Below, piece by piece: positions 48,401 to 56,583 of a stretch of DNA of 62,743 nt (positions are counted from its first letter, which is position 1; every line of letters starts with the position of its first letter). Below the pieces are notes generated by a model. The model worked only from the letters and a program-made list of their open reading frames with translations, was not told the origin of the DNA and searched no databases. The translations under genes were made by a program, and so were the position numbers. The stretch is from an uncultured Verrucomicrobiales bacterium (lineage in GTDB: Bacteria > Pseudomonadota > Alphaproteobacteria > Paracaedibacterales > CAIOTO01): NCBI GenBank assembly GCA_964478775.1, contig CAYZJC010000005.1, positions 8,848-71,590 of the forward strand. Reading direction: 5' to 3'.

Positions 48401-49932
48401 CTTTTTCCTGATGGTAGGGGATTATTTGTCGCAGACAGTACTAAGCCTGGGCAAGTTGCAAAGTCTGGACTTTCTTGGTCAGCAATAGATGTGCGATAAT
48501 CTTGTGAAGTTGTAACATTGATTTCATTTGCGCTTAATAGGGCATTTTCATCTAACACTAATCTTATATCGCGTGTTGTGAAAGTTTTAGTGTTTATGTT
48601 GTTTGTGTGTGTAATGGTTCTAATGGTAGAGGTATCTGAAAGAAGGGACAAGTCATTAAAGTCAACCATCATTTGGGTTGCCCAAGTACCTGTGAGTTTT
48701 GCATTAGCTGAAACATCTACTGTTAAACCGTTGGGTGCAGTTAAGCTGTTTTCCAAAATAAGACCATCATAATTTAGACCTATCTTTGTGTTGTTGAGTT
48801 TCAATGTAGCATTGGTGTTGCCAAAAGGCTTGGCACAGGAAAGCTTGAGGTAGGAAAGCCCTGTGTTGCTTGAGTCGGATATGTCAATAATGGGTTGGCT
48901 TTCAGAATCTGCAATAATTGTCTTTTGAATATCAAATTTTAGCTTATCAGACGTAATGGGGCCAGCTGCAGTATAGGTGTCTGAGTTAAAGACAACTAAT
49001 TCACCATTTGTACCTGTCATCCCAACAGAAGCGGGGTATGCAATTTTTTCATCAGCAATGCTGTTTGTGAAAGTGGCATTAGCAGAAATGGTCATACGTG
49101 GTGCCGCTGACTTTTCAATTGAATTTTCTATCAGGGTCTTATAAAGAAGATTTGGTAGTGTGCTTACTGACGCTGCAATGTCAAAAGTTGCATAATCATG
49201 TAAGCTAATTGTTGAAGAGGGGTTAAGACCTTTCGCAGTGCCAAGGCGGGCAATTGCATGCGCTAGCACTTCAATATTAGAAATTGTTGGTGCTATTTCA
49301 TGAGAGTCTTCAAATGACAAAGTTCCCTCGCTAACGACAAAAGAACCATTGTGTGTGCGGTGAAAGGCAGACTTTAAGATTGTGATCCCTGTTCCTTCAA
49401 AAATAATTTTCGCAATTTTTTCGGGTGTATATATTTCGCTTGTACGTGCATCGTCGCTTGCAATTTCTGCCCAGAGACCTGACAAGGTTAATTCACCATC
49501 GTCATTACCAATGTATTGTGTAGATGGAGACCCCTCATCACCTGCGCGAAACTTAAGTATGTTTGTGAAGGCTTCACTGCTGTTCATGTGGAATTTTGCA
49601 CCATTACCGAGAATCAAGGGATTAGTTGCCCCTAAAGATAATGGAGTGCCTAATGTCAATGTGCCTAGTACCTGTTCCCATGGTGCCGTTCTATCAGTTG
49701 AATCACCTGTAATCGTATAATCCCCTGAACATAATACAGTCGCATCGCCCGAAATGGCAGGGACTTCAAGCAGAACGTCTGTGGTGAGTGTTTGTATGAC
49801 TTCTGAGCTTGCGCTTGCATCACTGGAATAAAGAGCAGTTGTTGCGAGTAAGACTAAAGCATACTTTTTAACTTTGGAGCTGAAAAAAGAAGTTGATTTG
49901 ATTGACTGATTGTTGTTTTGGAAACGATCCAT
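45403..49932 (-). CDS. Giant (1509 aa) secreted beta-helical, autotransporter-passenger-like protein with no recognisable C-terminal translocator barrel
   Basis: The N-terminus is ...KVKKYALVLLATTALYSSDASA|SSE. The protein is T/N/S/G/I/L-rich throughout. Recurring segments resemble autotransporter-associated beta-strand repeats (GELTLSGLWAEI, ITISGEQTYTGPTEFKNALVTIGN, AGTLSGEGVIQF, FAGTIILSGGAFEL). It ends ...MANGALKSLLVV. Confidence 0.6.
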   Translation of the reverse strand: MDRFQNNNQSIKSTSFFSSKVKKYALVLLATTALYSSDASASSEVIQTLTTDVLLEVPAISGDATVLCSGDYTITGDSTDRTAPWEQVLGTLTLGTPLSLGATNPLILGNGAKFHMNSSEAFTNILKFRAGDEGSPSTQYIGNDDGELTLSGLWAEIASDDARTSEIYTPEKIAKIIFEGTGITILKSAFHRTHNGSFVVSEGTLSFEDSHEIAPTISNIEVLAHAIARLGTAKGLNPSSTISLHDYATFDIAASVSTLPNLLYKTLIENSIEKSAAPRMTISANATFTNSIADEKIAYPASVGMTGTNGELVVFNSDTYTAAGPITSDKLKFDIQKTIIADSESQPIIDISDSSNTGLSYLKLSCAKPFGNTNATLKLNNTKIGLNYDGLILENSLTAPNGLTVDVSANAKLTGTWATQMMVDFNDLSLLSDTSTIRTITHTNNINTKTFTTRDIRLVLDENALLSANEINVTTSQDYRTSIADQESPDFATCPGLVLSATNNPLPSGKSINFDEDAYLIVKGANYTIDNPLTYTSAKGITMLLFNANTTFSGAINVIKANGSEASQKFWMLPGNIQASTINLSSAFSGIDELYLLQSNFVLQDGISLPNMVSIGAGTMTINDQDQVSGVNLFTLSTVTIATTGMPSLSNNITIGDDFILQSDSDFEYTGAIFLMDDKNTNTNAKVTFENTAQEMKNITISGEQTYTGPTEFKNALVTIGNTMQTSSIEVDTGSQLTLAGTANFPKISQLEIGDGAKLILDLASSSTKIAIGNSTAELTIKQNCEYSGTISGDYDFKIKFLDNETALTFTNGSTLEHTGSTYIDNGGTVTINKSFALESENLTRTNSTGATIFSVTPFISGNAVISVPVGSTIGVNQLSVTIPELIFTALGDEGISYLDTLVESTLFAGNITTPVDTVLKLRQYAVVDTNPAYYFEMQGIITSKELHVYASTLLKNTLNTSYVYIDSGLKFHVGCDKLFDDVIVFPVIEYNDAVKIIVPKREAIITNINGTLSAKIGEPTTLNLICEMDTEINGDISGTHVNIIPTQNSTVTLKKDTTFSGTLTIGEEETSGTVTATKSFSASALVLKKKEVKFVSSATFLFAENVENPTITAKEKADMLINDSTVNATIDATAAGINLDLTGSNTFSKLVDATEQDVILTTTLGGEAVFNGPVNASLLTINKNISATLDYAGTSNVSVLLEGEKTKLTIGKDQAFTENNSLRCNDGEILTRQKTLSIGITNGQGNVTITAAALQADGYDAVALNADLDLLSEDNNATEALMISGDFGLSPNAQLNIHGAYGHNLIELAKTYDFDNPIRVLANVTPEHVVTTSNTLAITHALASTDITIVQGSGLYIKGDGLLTSNTTVTFEADDQGAIISNFRFDGTVLNANLVVPTNANVMAKVLTDTNLAGTLSGEGVIQFNTTLTDLEEIRSIALGDVSNFAGTIILSGGAFELQLNQINSNLKIVCADENTSYVLTYNNTDITPIFQDPMDMANGALKSLLVV

Positions 49933-50116
49933 GGCTGATACCCTTCACTGTTAAACTTAGCATGTTTTATGGTAGATGAATTGGTTTGATAATTAAACAT
50001 TTTTTGCAAAAAATTAATTAAAATTTTCTTAAGTAGCAAGCATTGAGGGAATTTTGCCAAAGAAAAAAGTGCAAGTTAGGGTGTTTACTTTAAAAACAAC
50101 GTTCATCTTTGCTGTT

Positions 50117-50132
50117 TGGCATAAACTTTGCA
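50117..50132 (+). promoter_or_regulatory. Sigma54 (-24/-12) type promoter upstream of the flagellar operon
   Basis: TGGCATaaactTTGCA matches the consensus TGGCAC-N5-TTGCW, with the GG and GC separated by exactly 10 nt. It lies 38 nt upstream of the ATG at 50170, which has the SD AAGGTG. Confidence 0.55.
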
Positions 50133-50169
50133 TATACCTTTTGTATGAAATTATAATACAAGGTGCGTC

Positions 50170-50541
50170 ATGTCCTCTTTATCTTCTATATCGGGTTCTG
50201 CAATGTCCTCTTCAGCTTATGCTGTTGAAGATATGAAGTCACGCCTTTCAGATGCGAAAGAAAAAAACGCACAAAAGACAGCGCAAGAATTTAACACGAT
50301 GTTTTTAAAGTTTTTCTTAACGAAGATCATGCCTGAAATGCCAGATGGCTATTTTGGCGGGTCCACTAATGAAATATATCAAGGCTTATGGATAGACGCT
50401 TTAGCTGAAGATTTAGCAAAAAATGATCCACTCGGCCTTGAAAAGTTGGCAAGAAAGCATTTGAAATTAGAAGGGGAAGTGCCTGCTTATGCTACCCCCA
50501 CATTACAAGAAAGGGGACCTCTTCATGACATTGTCGTCTAA
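50170..50541 (+). CDS. Flagellar rod-binding protein (FlgJ N-terminal domain / CheL-like)
   Basis: 123 aa. AQEFNTMFLKFFLTKIMPEM...YQGLWIDALAEDLAKNDPLGLEKL fits the Rod_binding family pattern. It is the first gene of the flgK operon. Confidence 0.7.
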   Translation: MSSLSSISGSAMSSSAYAVEDMKSRLSDAKEKNAQKTAQEFNTMFLKFFLTKIMPEMPDGYFGGSTNEIYQGLWIDALAEDLAKNDPLGLEKLARKHLKLEGEVPAYATPTLQERGPLHDIVV

Positions 50542-51034
50542 CATGAATCATGCACATAACGCAGAGGAAGTTTTGCCATTATCTGCCTATTCAAGTGCAG
50601 ATATTGACCAATTTATTCAAGATTATCAGTTATTGGTTCAGCAATTTATAGATGTTCTTAATCATGAAAACGAAATGATTAAAGACTATTCAATGCGAAC
50701 ATCCGGTAAAGCTGACTACCAAATTGTGTTGCAAAAAAAGGACGTGCTGTCACAGGACTTAACCCTATTTCATACAAGCTTTACGCAAATGATGGATGAA
50801 AATATATTATCAGCGAGTCAAATGAAATTGCTACGCCAGTCATACAAACGCTTTTATAAGGCGATGCAGGAAAATCTTTCCTATTTAGACTTGGCTCAAG
50901 CCTTAAATGAAACGATATTGGGCTATTTTATTGACGCACATGGTCAACTCAATAAATATTCATATAATGCGTTTGGCCATGAAAATTCTTTAACCAATTC
51001 AGACACTGTAGGATTTTTAAATCAAAATGCATAA
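50525..51034 (+). CDS. Putative FlgN-like export chaperone for hook-associated proteins
   Basis: The call rests mainly on position directly upstream of flgK. It is a ~169-aa helical protein with an FlgN-like segment (LLVQQFIDVLNHENEMIKDY). The ATG at 50525 is preceded by AAGGGGA; the start is uncertain. Confidence 0.4.
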   Translation: MTLSSNMNHAHNAEEVLPLSAYSSADIDQFIQDYQLLVQQFIDVLNHENEMIKDYSMRTSGKADYQIVLQKKDVLSQDLTLFHTSFTQMMDENILSASQMKLLRQSYKRFYKAMQENLSYLDLAQALNETILGYFIDAHGQLNKYSYNAFGHENSLTNSDTVGFLNQNA

Positions 51035-51083
51035 CAACACACTTTTCATCATTCAGTGTTTCTATCAAGTAAAGTAGTTTGCT

Positions 51084-52952
51084 ATGGCGTCAATACACAT
51101 TGGAACAAAACATCTATTAAGGTCGGCATATAGTGCCTACCAGGGGAAATTAACGCTTTCACAACAAAATGTGACCCAAAAAGATGTGGAAAACTATGTT
51201 TCTCAAGATGTGGACATGAGAAGTGCCTCCGCAGGTGGGTATACATATGGCGTAAAACTTATGACTGTGCGCCAAAAGGTGAATGAATCACTCTTTGCGA
51301 ACTTAAGACAAGCAAATAACACACTTGGTGGTTTAAAAATTGCGATGGCGTATCGAGAAAATGTAAATAAAATTTTCAGTGATAAGCAGCAACAACAGTC
51401 TTTGTCTCATCTTGCAAGAGCAGTGGCAGACTCACTTAAAACATATGCATCTCGTTCAACGGATATGGTGGCGGCCCAAAATGCTGTGGCAGATATGCAA
51501 ACATTAACAAAAAATATTCAGTCAATGAGTAACAGCATTCAGCAAGAACGTGCTAATGCCGACACAGACATTGGTGAGACTGTTAACACAATTAATTCTT
51601 TACTAGAAAAAATACGACAAGTGTCAACAGATATATCAATGCGTGCTGAATCTGCCGATGGGGCTGCTTTTCCTTTTATCAATGAACGACGAGATTTGCT
51701 TCAACAATTATCTGCCTATATTCAAATTGACGAGAGGGCTTATAGTCCTTTAGATTTAAAAAACTTTGAATTGTTTGATGTTGATGGCAATACCTTAATT
51801 CAAAATAATTTATGTTCACAACTTGTTTTTAAAAACACTTTTGCCTTTTCCACACCCACAAATGGTTATGATATTCAGTTTGTTGATATGTCTGGGGTCC
51901 AAAAGAAATATTCAATTATGAATGATGGGCGTCAAGGGGCCTTGCATGAATTGGTGAAAGCGCGCGATGTTATATTGCCACAAATGCAACAAGAACTCGA
52001 TGCGTATACAGGCACACTACGTGACACCTTCAACCAAATTCATAATGAAGGTCTCGCGCTTAAGCCAGCAACGTCATTAACAAGTTTTAAAACAGTGCCA
52101 GATGGTCATATTATTGGTGATGGGCATGGTTCCCTTAATCTTGCAGAAGATATGAAACTATCAGGTTCAGGTACGGTGCGTTTTGCTGTTATTAATCTTA
52201 ATGATGGTATTATGCAAAGCAAGTTTGACCTTGAATTGTCTGCGGATATGTCACTTGGTGATATCATCACAAGAATTAATGATGCTGACATTGGGCTTAC
52301 TGCATCACTCACACCAGATGGTAAGTTTAACATTGAATCTAACGACCCCGCATTTGGGGTGGCGATCAGTAATGCTGAAGAAGGAAAGATGCCTAAAATA
52401 TGTGCGAACGATGTCTACAATCCAACAAGAGCCTTTGGCTTTTCTCACTTTTTTGGTTTTAACAATTTGTTTGATAGTGACACCAATGTCTTAGGGGATT
52501 CCCTAGATGGCGTGTCAGAAACATTTCGTGTGCGCCCAGATATTATCAGTAATGCTAAACGTTTAGCGACAGGCCAACTGAGCTTAAAGAAAGATGTTTT
52601 TGAAAAAGTATTACATGTTGGTGACGTGTCTAATTTGGAAAAATTATCTAATGCTTTAAGTATTGGGGTGTCTTTTCAAAGAAATACATTGGTTCAAGCC
52701 CAGGTCACAACGTTAGAAGGTTACGCTAGTGGGTTTGCAAAACGTAATATAACTGAAGAGCAAAGCCTGCTCAGTGTTATACAAAAACAAAACTATGCAT
52801 TTGAAGGTTTGTCACAAGAACTGAGTGATTTAAGTGGTGTGGATGAACAATATGAATTGTCTATTTCATTAGACTTGGTGACTTCTATTAGCTATATCAC
52901 ACGTATGATGTCTTTTAATAAAGAATTAGATGATAGGGTTTTGAGTATATGA
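51084..52952 (+). CDS. flgK: Flagellar hook-associated protein 1
   Basis: 622 aa. The N-terminal rod/hook-family helix is divergent. The C-terminal ...LSDLSGVDEQYELSISLDLVTSISYITRMMSFNKELDDRVLSI matches the FlgK C-terminal pattern (SGV..DEE...L...Q.aY.A). Synteny with flgL. Confidence 0.85.
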   Translation: MASIHIGTKHLLRSAYSAYQGKLTLSQQNVTQKDVENYVSQDVDMRSASAGGYTYGVKLMTVRQKVNESLFANLRQANNTLGGLKIAMAYRENVNKIFSDKQQQQSLSHLARAVADSLKTYASRSTDMVAAQNAVADMQTLTKNIQSMSNSIQQERANADTDIGETVNTINSLLEKIRQVSTDISMRAESADGAAFPFINERRDLLQQLSAYIQIDERAYSPLDLKNFELFDVDGNTLIQNNLCSQLVFKNTFAFSTPTNGYDIQFVDMSGVQKKYSIMNDGRQGALHELVKARDVILPQMQQELDAYTGTLRDTFNQIHNEGLALKPATSLTSFKTVPDGHIIGDGHGSLNLAEDMKLSGSGTVRFAVINLNDGIMQSKFDLELSADMSLGDIITRINDADIGLTASLTPDGKFNIESNDPAFGVAISNAEEGKMPKICANDVYNPTRAFGFSHFFGFNNLFDSDTNVLGDSLDGVSETFRVRPDIISNAKRLATGQLSLKKDVFEKVLHVGDVSNLEKLSNALSIGVSFQRNTLVQAQVTTLEGYASGFAKRNITEEQSLLSVIQKQNYAFEGLSQELSDLSGVDEQYELSISLDLVTSISYITRMMSFNKELDDRVLSI

Positions 52953-52998
52953 AAATCCGAAAATATCTAATAATTTGTTTTAAATAAAGGGAAATTTT

Positions 52999-53949
52999 AT
53001 GTCAATGTATTCATCAGTCTCGTTTGTTTCTAACCCACTTTTTTTTAAAGCCTCACAGGTTGCGATGGCCAAAAATAGAGCAGTTCAACAAGAAATCATG
53101 AAGGCAGAAACGATTTTAAGTTCAAAAGAAGGTGCGCCAGATTATGCTTCCACCCTTGATGCAGGTGCTTATATTCAAACTGAAATGAATTTGAAGACCT
53201 ATCCCAAGTTACAAAATATTGCGCAAAATTACCAAGACAGGTATGTCACCATTAAGCAACAAGTCAGTGATGTCAAAGATATTGCCTTGCAAGCAAAGAC
53301 GGCTATGATGCAACTGACTGTAACTGACCAAGGTGTTATGAATTATGAACTTTTTATCAGTCAAATGAAAAGCTGTCTGGATTCCTTAACGCAAATTTTA
53401 AATCGCACTGACGGACTTTCCACGACCTTAGCCGGTGTGGGAGAAGACGGTAAGGCAGTAAAAGATTTGTCAAAACTCCCCCAGCTTGAAGAACTCAATG
53501 ATATTAGGTATGACTACTATGTTGGTGATGAAGGAAACCTGGTCTTAGACATTAAAGGAACACAAATTAATAAATTCCCCATTACAGCCAGTGATGACAT
53601 GTTTGCAAAAGTGATACATGCCTGTCGGATCTGTTTGCAATATGAACCAAGAGACGGAGGCAGAGCAACCGTTGATCGTGCACAAGGTTTGTGTGAAGAA
53701 GCTATAAGAGATTTTTTAAGTGCAAGTCAAAAAGTAGATGCCCAACTTGGGGAAACGAATAAATTATTAGAACAAATACCGGCAGATATTATTAACGAAG
53801 AAAAGAAACAAAGTACAATTAGTAACCAAGACCAAATGATTGCTTTATTAAAACAAATGGAATTGAGCAGTTCTCTTCAAATTATGAGACATTTGCAAAC
53901 GCAAAACGCCTCTATGTCAAAACGATTTGCAGAATCATTAGGGGCATAG
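52999..53949 (+). CDS. flgL: Flagellar hook-associated protein 3 (flagellin-family)
   Basis: 316 aa. The SD AAGGGA precedes the ATG. It lies directly after flgK and has helical N- and C-termini (C-terminus ...DQMIALLKQMELSSSLQIMRHLQTQNASMSKRF). The sequence is divergent. Confidence 0.65.
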   Translation: MSMYSSVSFVSNPLFFKASQVAMAKNRAVQQEIMKAETILSSKEGAPDYASTLDAGAYIQTEMNLKTYPKLQNIAQNYQDRYVTIKQQVSDVKDIALQAKTAMMQLTVTDQGVMNYELFISQMKSCLDSLTQILNRTDGLSTTLAGVGEDGKAVKDLSKLPQLEELNDIRYDYYVGDEGNLVLDIKGTQINKFPITASDDMFAKVIHACRICLQYEPRDGGRATVDRAQGLCEEAIRDFLSASQKVDAQLGETNKLLEQIPADIINEEKKQSTISNQDQMIALLKQMELSSSLQIMRHLQTQNASMSKRFAESLGA

Positions 53950-54013
53950 TTAATAGTAAAATAAGAAAAATATATAAAACAAATTTAAATTAATTTAGAA
54001 AAGGAATAAATAT

Positions 54014-54517
54014 ATGTCAAGTGAAACACGGACTTCTTGCACACTAAAGATTAATGCGGAAATGGTGTCCGCCGTCTCTTTTATGACAATGTCGACACGT
54101 ATGGGGCTGATTACCTATAGCCCAGAAGATATTTACACTATAGAAGATGGCTTAGCAGGCTTTAGGCATGTGAAGGCATTTATTAAAACAGCTTTGCCAG
54201 GTGCGCAAGAAAATGCTTCTTATGGAATTTTACAAGCCAAAGAAGACGAAGACTTAGCATTTATTTTGTTTTTTCCAACGTTAGATGTTACGCAGTATTC
54301 TGTCATTGCGCAGCGTGTAAAAACTATTTTAATGGGTGAGTCGCTTAAAGCCTCTGTTCCAGCGCGCAATGGTCTAGATGATAACAATATGAGTGTTGGT
54401 TTTTTAGTGATTGTGAAAAAAACAGAAGATGGAAGTTCTGAGGTAAGCTGTGTGCAAGATGCCCCAATCGTCTTTTTGCATTCACACAAAAAAGCATGGC
54501 AAATCGTTTTAAGTTAA
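54014..54517 (+). CDS. fliW: Flagellar assembly factor FliW
   Basis: IYTIEDGLAGFRHVKAF, YGILQAKEDEDLAFILFFP...QY and QDAPIVFLHSHKKAWQIVL align by eye with the three conserved FliW blocks (F..G.pGF, f..LqS.ed..laF.v..P, NL.APIv.N....g.Qv.L). There is a ~25-aa N-terminal extension. The SD AAAGGA precedes the ATG. Confidence 0.8.
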   Translation: MSSETRTSCTLKINAEMVSAVSFMTMSTRMGLITYSPEDIYTIEDGLAGFRHVKAFIKTALPGAQENASYGILQAKEDEDLAFILFFPTLDVTQYSVIAQRVKTILMGESLKASVPARNGLDDNNMSVGFLVIVKKTEDGSSEVSCVQDAPIVFLHSHKKAWQIVLS

Positions 54518-54562
54518 AGCGCGAAGTGTGTGATGGGGTGCATATTTGATGGAAGTCAGAAT

Positions 54563-54638
54563 TGGTGGGCCCTGAAGGATTCGAACCTTCGACCACCTGA
54601 TTAAAAGTCAGATGCTCTACCAACTGAGCTAAGGGCCC
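54563..54638 (-). tRNA. trnK: tRNA-Lys (anticodon UUU), with the CCA end encoded
   Basis: The reverse complement is GGGCCCT-TA-GCTC-AGTTGGTA-GAGC-A-TCTGA-CTTTTAA-TCAGG-TGGTC-GAAGG-TTCGAAT-CCTTC-AGGGCCC-A-CCA. This is a full 76-nt cloverleaf with all four stems pairing. Confidence 0.95.
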
Positions 54639-54640
54639 AA

Positions 54641-54690
54641 TTTGCTTGATGTGGAGAGACAGTTTTTATTGTTGTTATTCATCAAGCAAA
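54641..54690. other. Perfect 11-bp inverted repeat abutting the 5' side of tRNA-Lys
   Basis: tttgcttgatg (54641-54651) and catcaagcaaa (54680-54690) are separated by 28 nt. Confidence 0.45.
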
Positions 54691-54894
54691 CAGTGTCTTT
54701 AATATAATGAAACAAACAGACAGAGTCAAGGACTTTTTGCGTGTTAAGGCTAAAAAATGCATTTGGGCATGGGGTTAATAAAAATATTCACACTTTGCGT
54801 TTCAACAATGCCATCATAGAACGATAGAAGACAAATATAATGGCCTACCTTTCAAATAGGGTTAAGCCTTTTAGAATCAAAAATAGGAATCAAA

Positions 54895-56481
54895 GTGCTC
54901 TCTAAAGCGTATACAGTTTCATTTCAAGGTATTGATGTTTTTCCTGTAACAGTTGAGGTTGTGATAGCCAATGGGTTGCCTAGCTTTACAATTGTTGGTT
55001 TGGCAGACAAAGCTGTGGCTGAATCACGTGAACGTATTCGTGGGTGTTTTCATACATTAGGGGTCGCATTTCCAGCCAAACGTATTGTTGTAAACCTTTC
55101 CCCGGCGGATGTCCCCAAAGAAGGGGCGCATTTTGACTTACCTATAGCGTTAGGGCTTTTGTCAGCATTGGGTATTTGTGACCCCTTGCAGCTTGAAGAA
55201 TATATTGCATTGGGTGAACTGAGTATGGACGGCACCATTAACCCCTGTGTTGGTATTTTGCCAGCAGCTTTGCATGCACTGCAAGTTAACCGCGGTATGA
55301 TATGCCCGAAAAGTAGTGGACCAGAAGCTGCGTGGGTGGGCCTTGAACAAATTATTGCACCGCCTCATCTCACAGCTCTCATTAACCATTTAAAAGGCAC
55401 GCAGGTTCTGCCATTGCCAGAAGTTTCAAGTGACATTAATCAGTTTTATTTTCCCTATGACATGAAGGAAGTCAAGGGGCAGCATGTGGCAAGGCGCGGT
55501 CTTGAAATTGCGGCTGTTGGCGGGCATAATGTTTTAATGAGTGGGCCACCTGGTGCTGGAAAGTCGATGCTCGCACAACGTTTTGCAACGATTCTTTCTC
55601 CCTTAAGTCCACAAGAAGCCTTAGAAGTTTCAATTATCCATAGCATTGCTGGTTTATTACCTGAAAGTGGTTTTGTGTGTCAGCGTACCTTTCGTGACCC
55701 ACATCATTCTATTTCAACACCAGCAATGGTTGGGGGTGGTTCAAAAGCAAAGCCTGGGGAAATTTCACTTGCCCACAATGGTGTGTTATTTTTAGATGAG
55801 CTTCCCGAATTTTCAAGGCAGTCACTCGAAGCCTTAAGACAACCTTTAGAAACAGGGGAAGTGCTAATCGCAAGAGCCAGTCAACATGCCAGATTCCCGG
55901 CCAGGTTTCAATTGATAGGGGCGATGAACCCTTGTAAGTGTGGTTATTTGGGTGAAAAAAAACGAGAATGTCACCGTGCCCCACAATGTTCTGTTGATTA
56001 TCAGTCTAAGCTCTCAGGCCCACTGCTTGACCGGTTTGATATGTTTATCACGGTCAATCGGATTGACCCAAAAGATATTGTTCTCAGCACTTCAAACCAA
56101 GAGAGGGCAGATGAGATGACACTCGCTTCTATTGATAATGTGCAGGAACCTGAGTCTTCGCAAACCGTTCGCCAACGTGTTTTGAAGGCAATTGAGTTTC
56201 AAAAGACACGCGGGCAAAGTGTGCGCAACTGTGAACTTAAGGGTGATGACTTAATGTTACAAGTTGAAAACGACGACCACACCAGTGCCTTAATTAAAAA
56301 TGCCTTTGAAAAGTTTCATTTGAGCGCACGTGGTTTTTATAGAATGATGCGGGTTGCCAGAAGTATTGCTGACTTGGATGCAAGTGCTTCTATTAAAACT
56401 GAACATATTTTAGAAGCTTTGCAATACCGTGTGTTTGGTGCATATGAAAATAAGAATGACAACATAGCATTCCCTGGGTGA
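54895..56481 (+). CDS. comM: YifB/ComM-family Mg-chelatase-like AAA+ ATPase
   Basis: The GTG start is preceded by AGGAA. The N-terminal Lon-like domain is LPSFTIVGLADKAVAESRERIR. Walker A GPPGAGKSM and Walker B VLFLDELPEF are present; 528 aa. Confidence 0.9.
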   Translation: MLSKAYTVSFQGIDVFPVTVEVVIANGLPSFTIVGLADKAVAESRERIRGCFHTLGVAFPAKRIVVNLSPADVPKEGAHFDLPIALGLLSALGICDPLQLEEYIALGELSMDGTINPCVGILPAALHALQVNRGMICPKSSGPEAAWVGLEQIIAPPHLTALINHLKGTQVLPLPEVSSDINQFYFPYDMKEVKGQHVARRGLEIAAVGGHNVLMSGPPGAGKSMLAQRFATILSPLSPQEALEVSIIHSIAGLLPESGFVCQRTFRDPHHSISTPAMVGGGSKAKPGEISLAHNGVLFLDELPEFSRQSLEALRQPLETGEVLIARASQHARFPARFQLIGAMNPCKCGYLGEKKRECHRAPQCSVDYQSKLSGPLLDRFDMFITVNRIDPKDIVLSTSNQERADEMTLASIDNVQEPESSQTVRQRVLKAIEFQKTRGQSVRNCELKGDDLMLQVENDDHTSALIKNAFEKFHLSARGFYRMMRVARSIADLDASASIKTEHILEALQYRVFGAYENKNDNIAFPG

Positions 56482-56509
56482 TTGATATACTTTATTAATT
56501 GTAAAAACA

Positions 56510-56546
56510 CCAATAATAAAATGGGGGGATTAACTTGTAATCCCCC
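56510..56546 (-). terminator. Rho-independent terminator of htrA (hairpin possibly shared with convergent comM)
   Basis: gggggatta / acttg / taatccccc is a perfect 9-bp stem (56524-56546). On the minus strand it is followed by CATTTTATTATT. It lies 38 nt beyond the htrA stop. Confidence 0.65.
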
Positions 56547-56583
56547 ACTGGTTTGTGGCTAGGTTTTTCTAAGAAAGGCTTGC

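Noticed and set aside
46106-49720. Several 60-130-aa plus-strand ORFs inside the 1509-aa gene
   Set aside because: They lie antisense within one continuous 4.5-kb reading frame with consistent repeat architecture. They are typical shadow ORFs.
54345-54623. 92-aa minus-strand ORF
   Set aside because: It overlaps the tRNA-Lys gene and the 3' end of fliW. It is partly a translation of a tRNA sequence.
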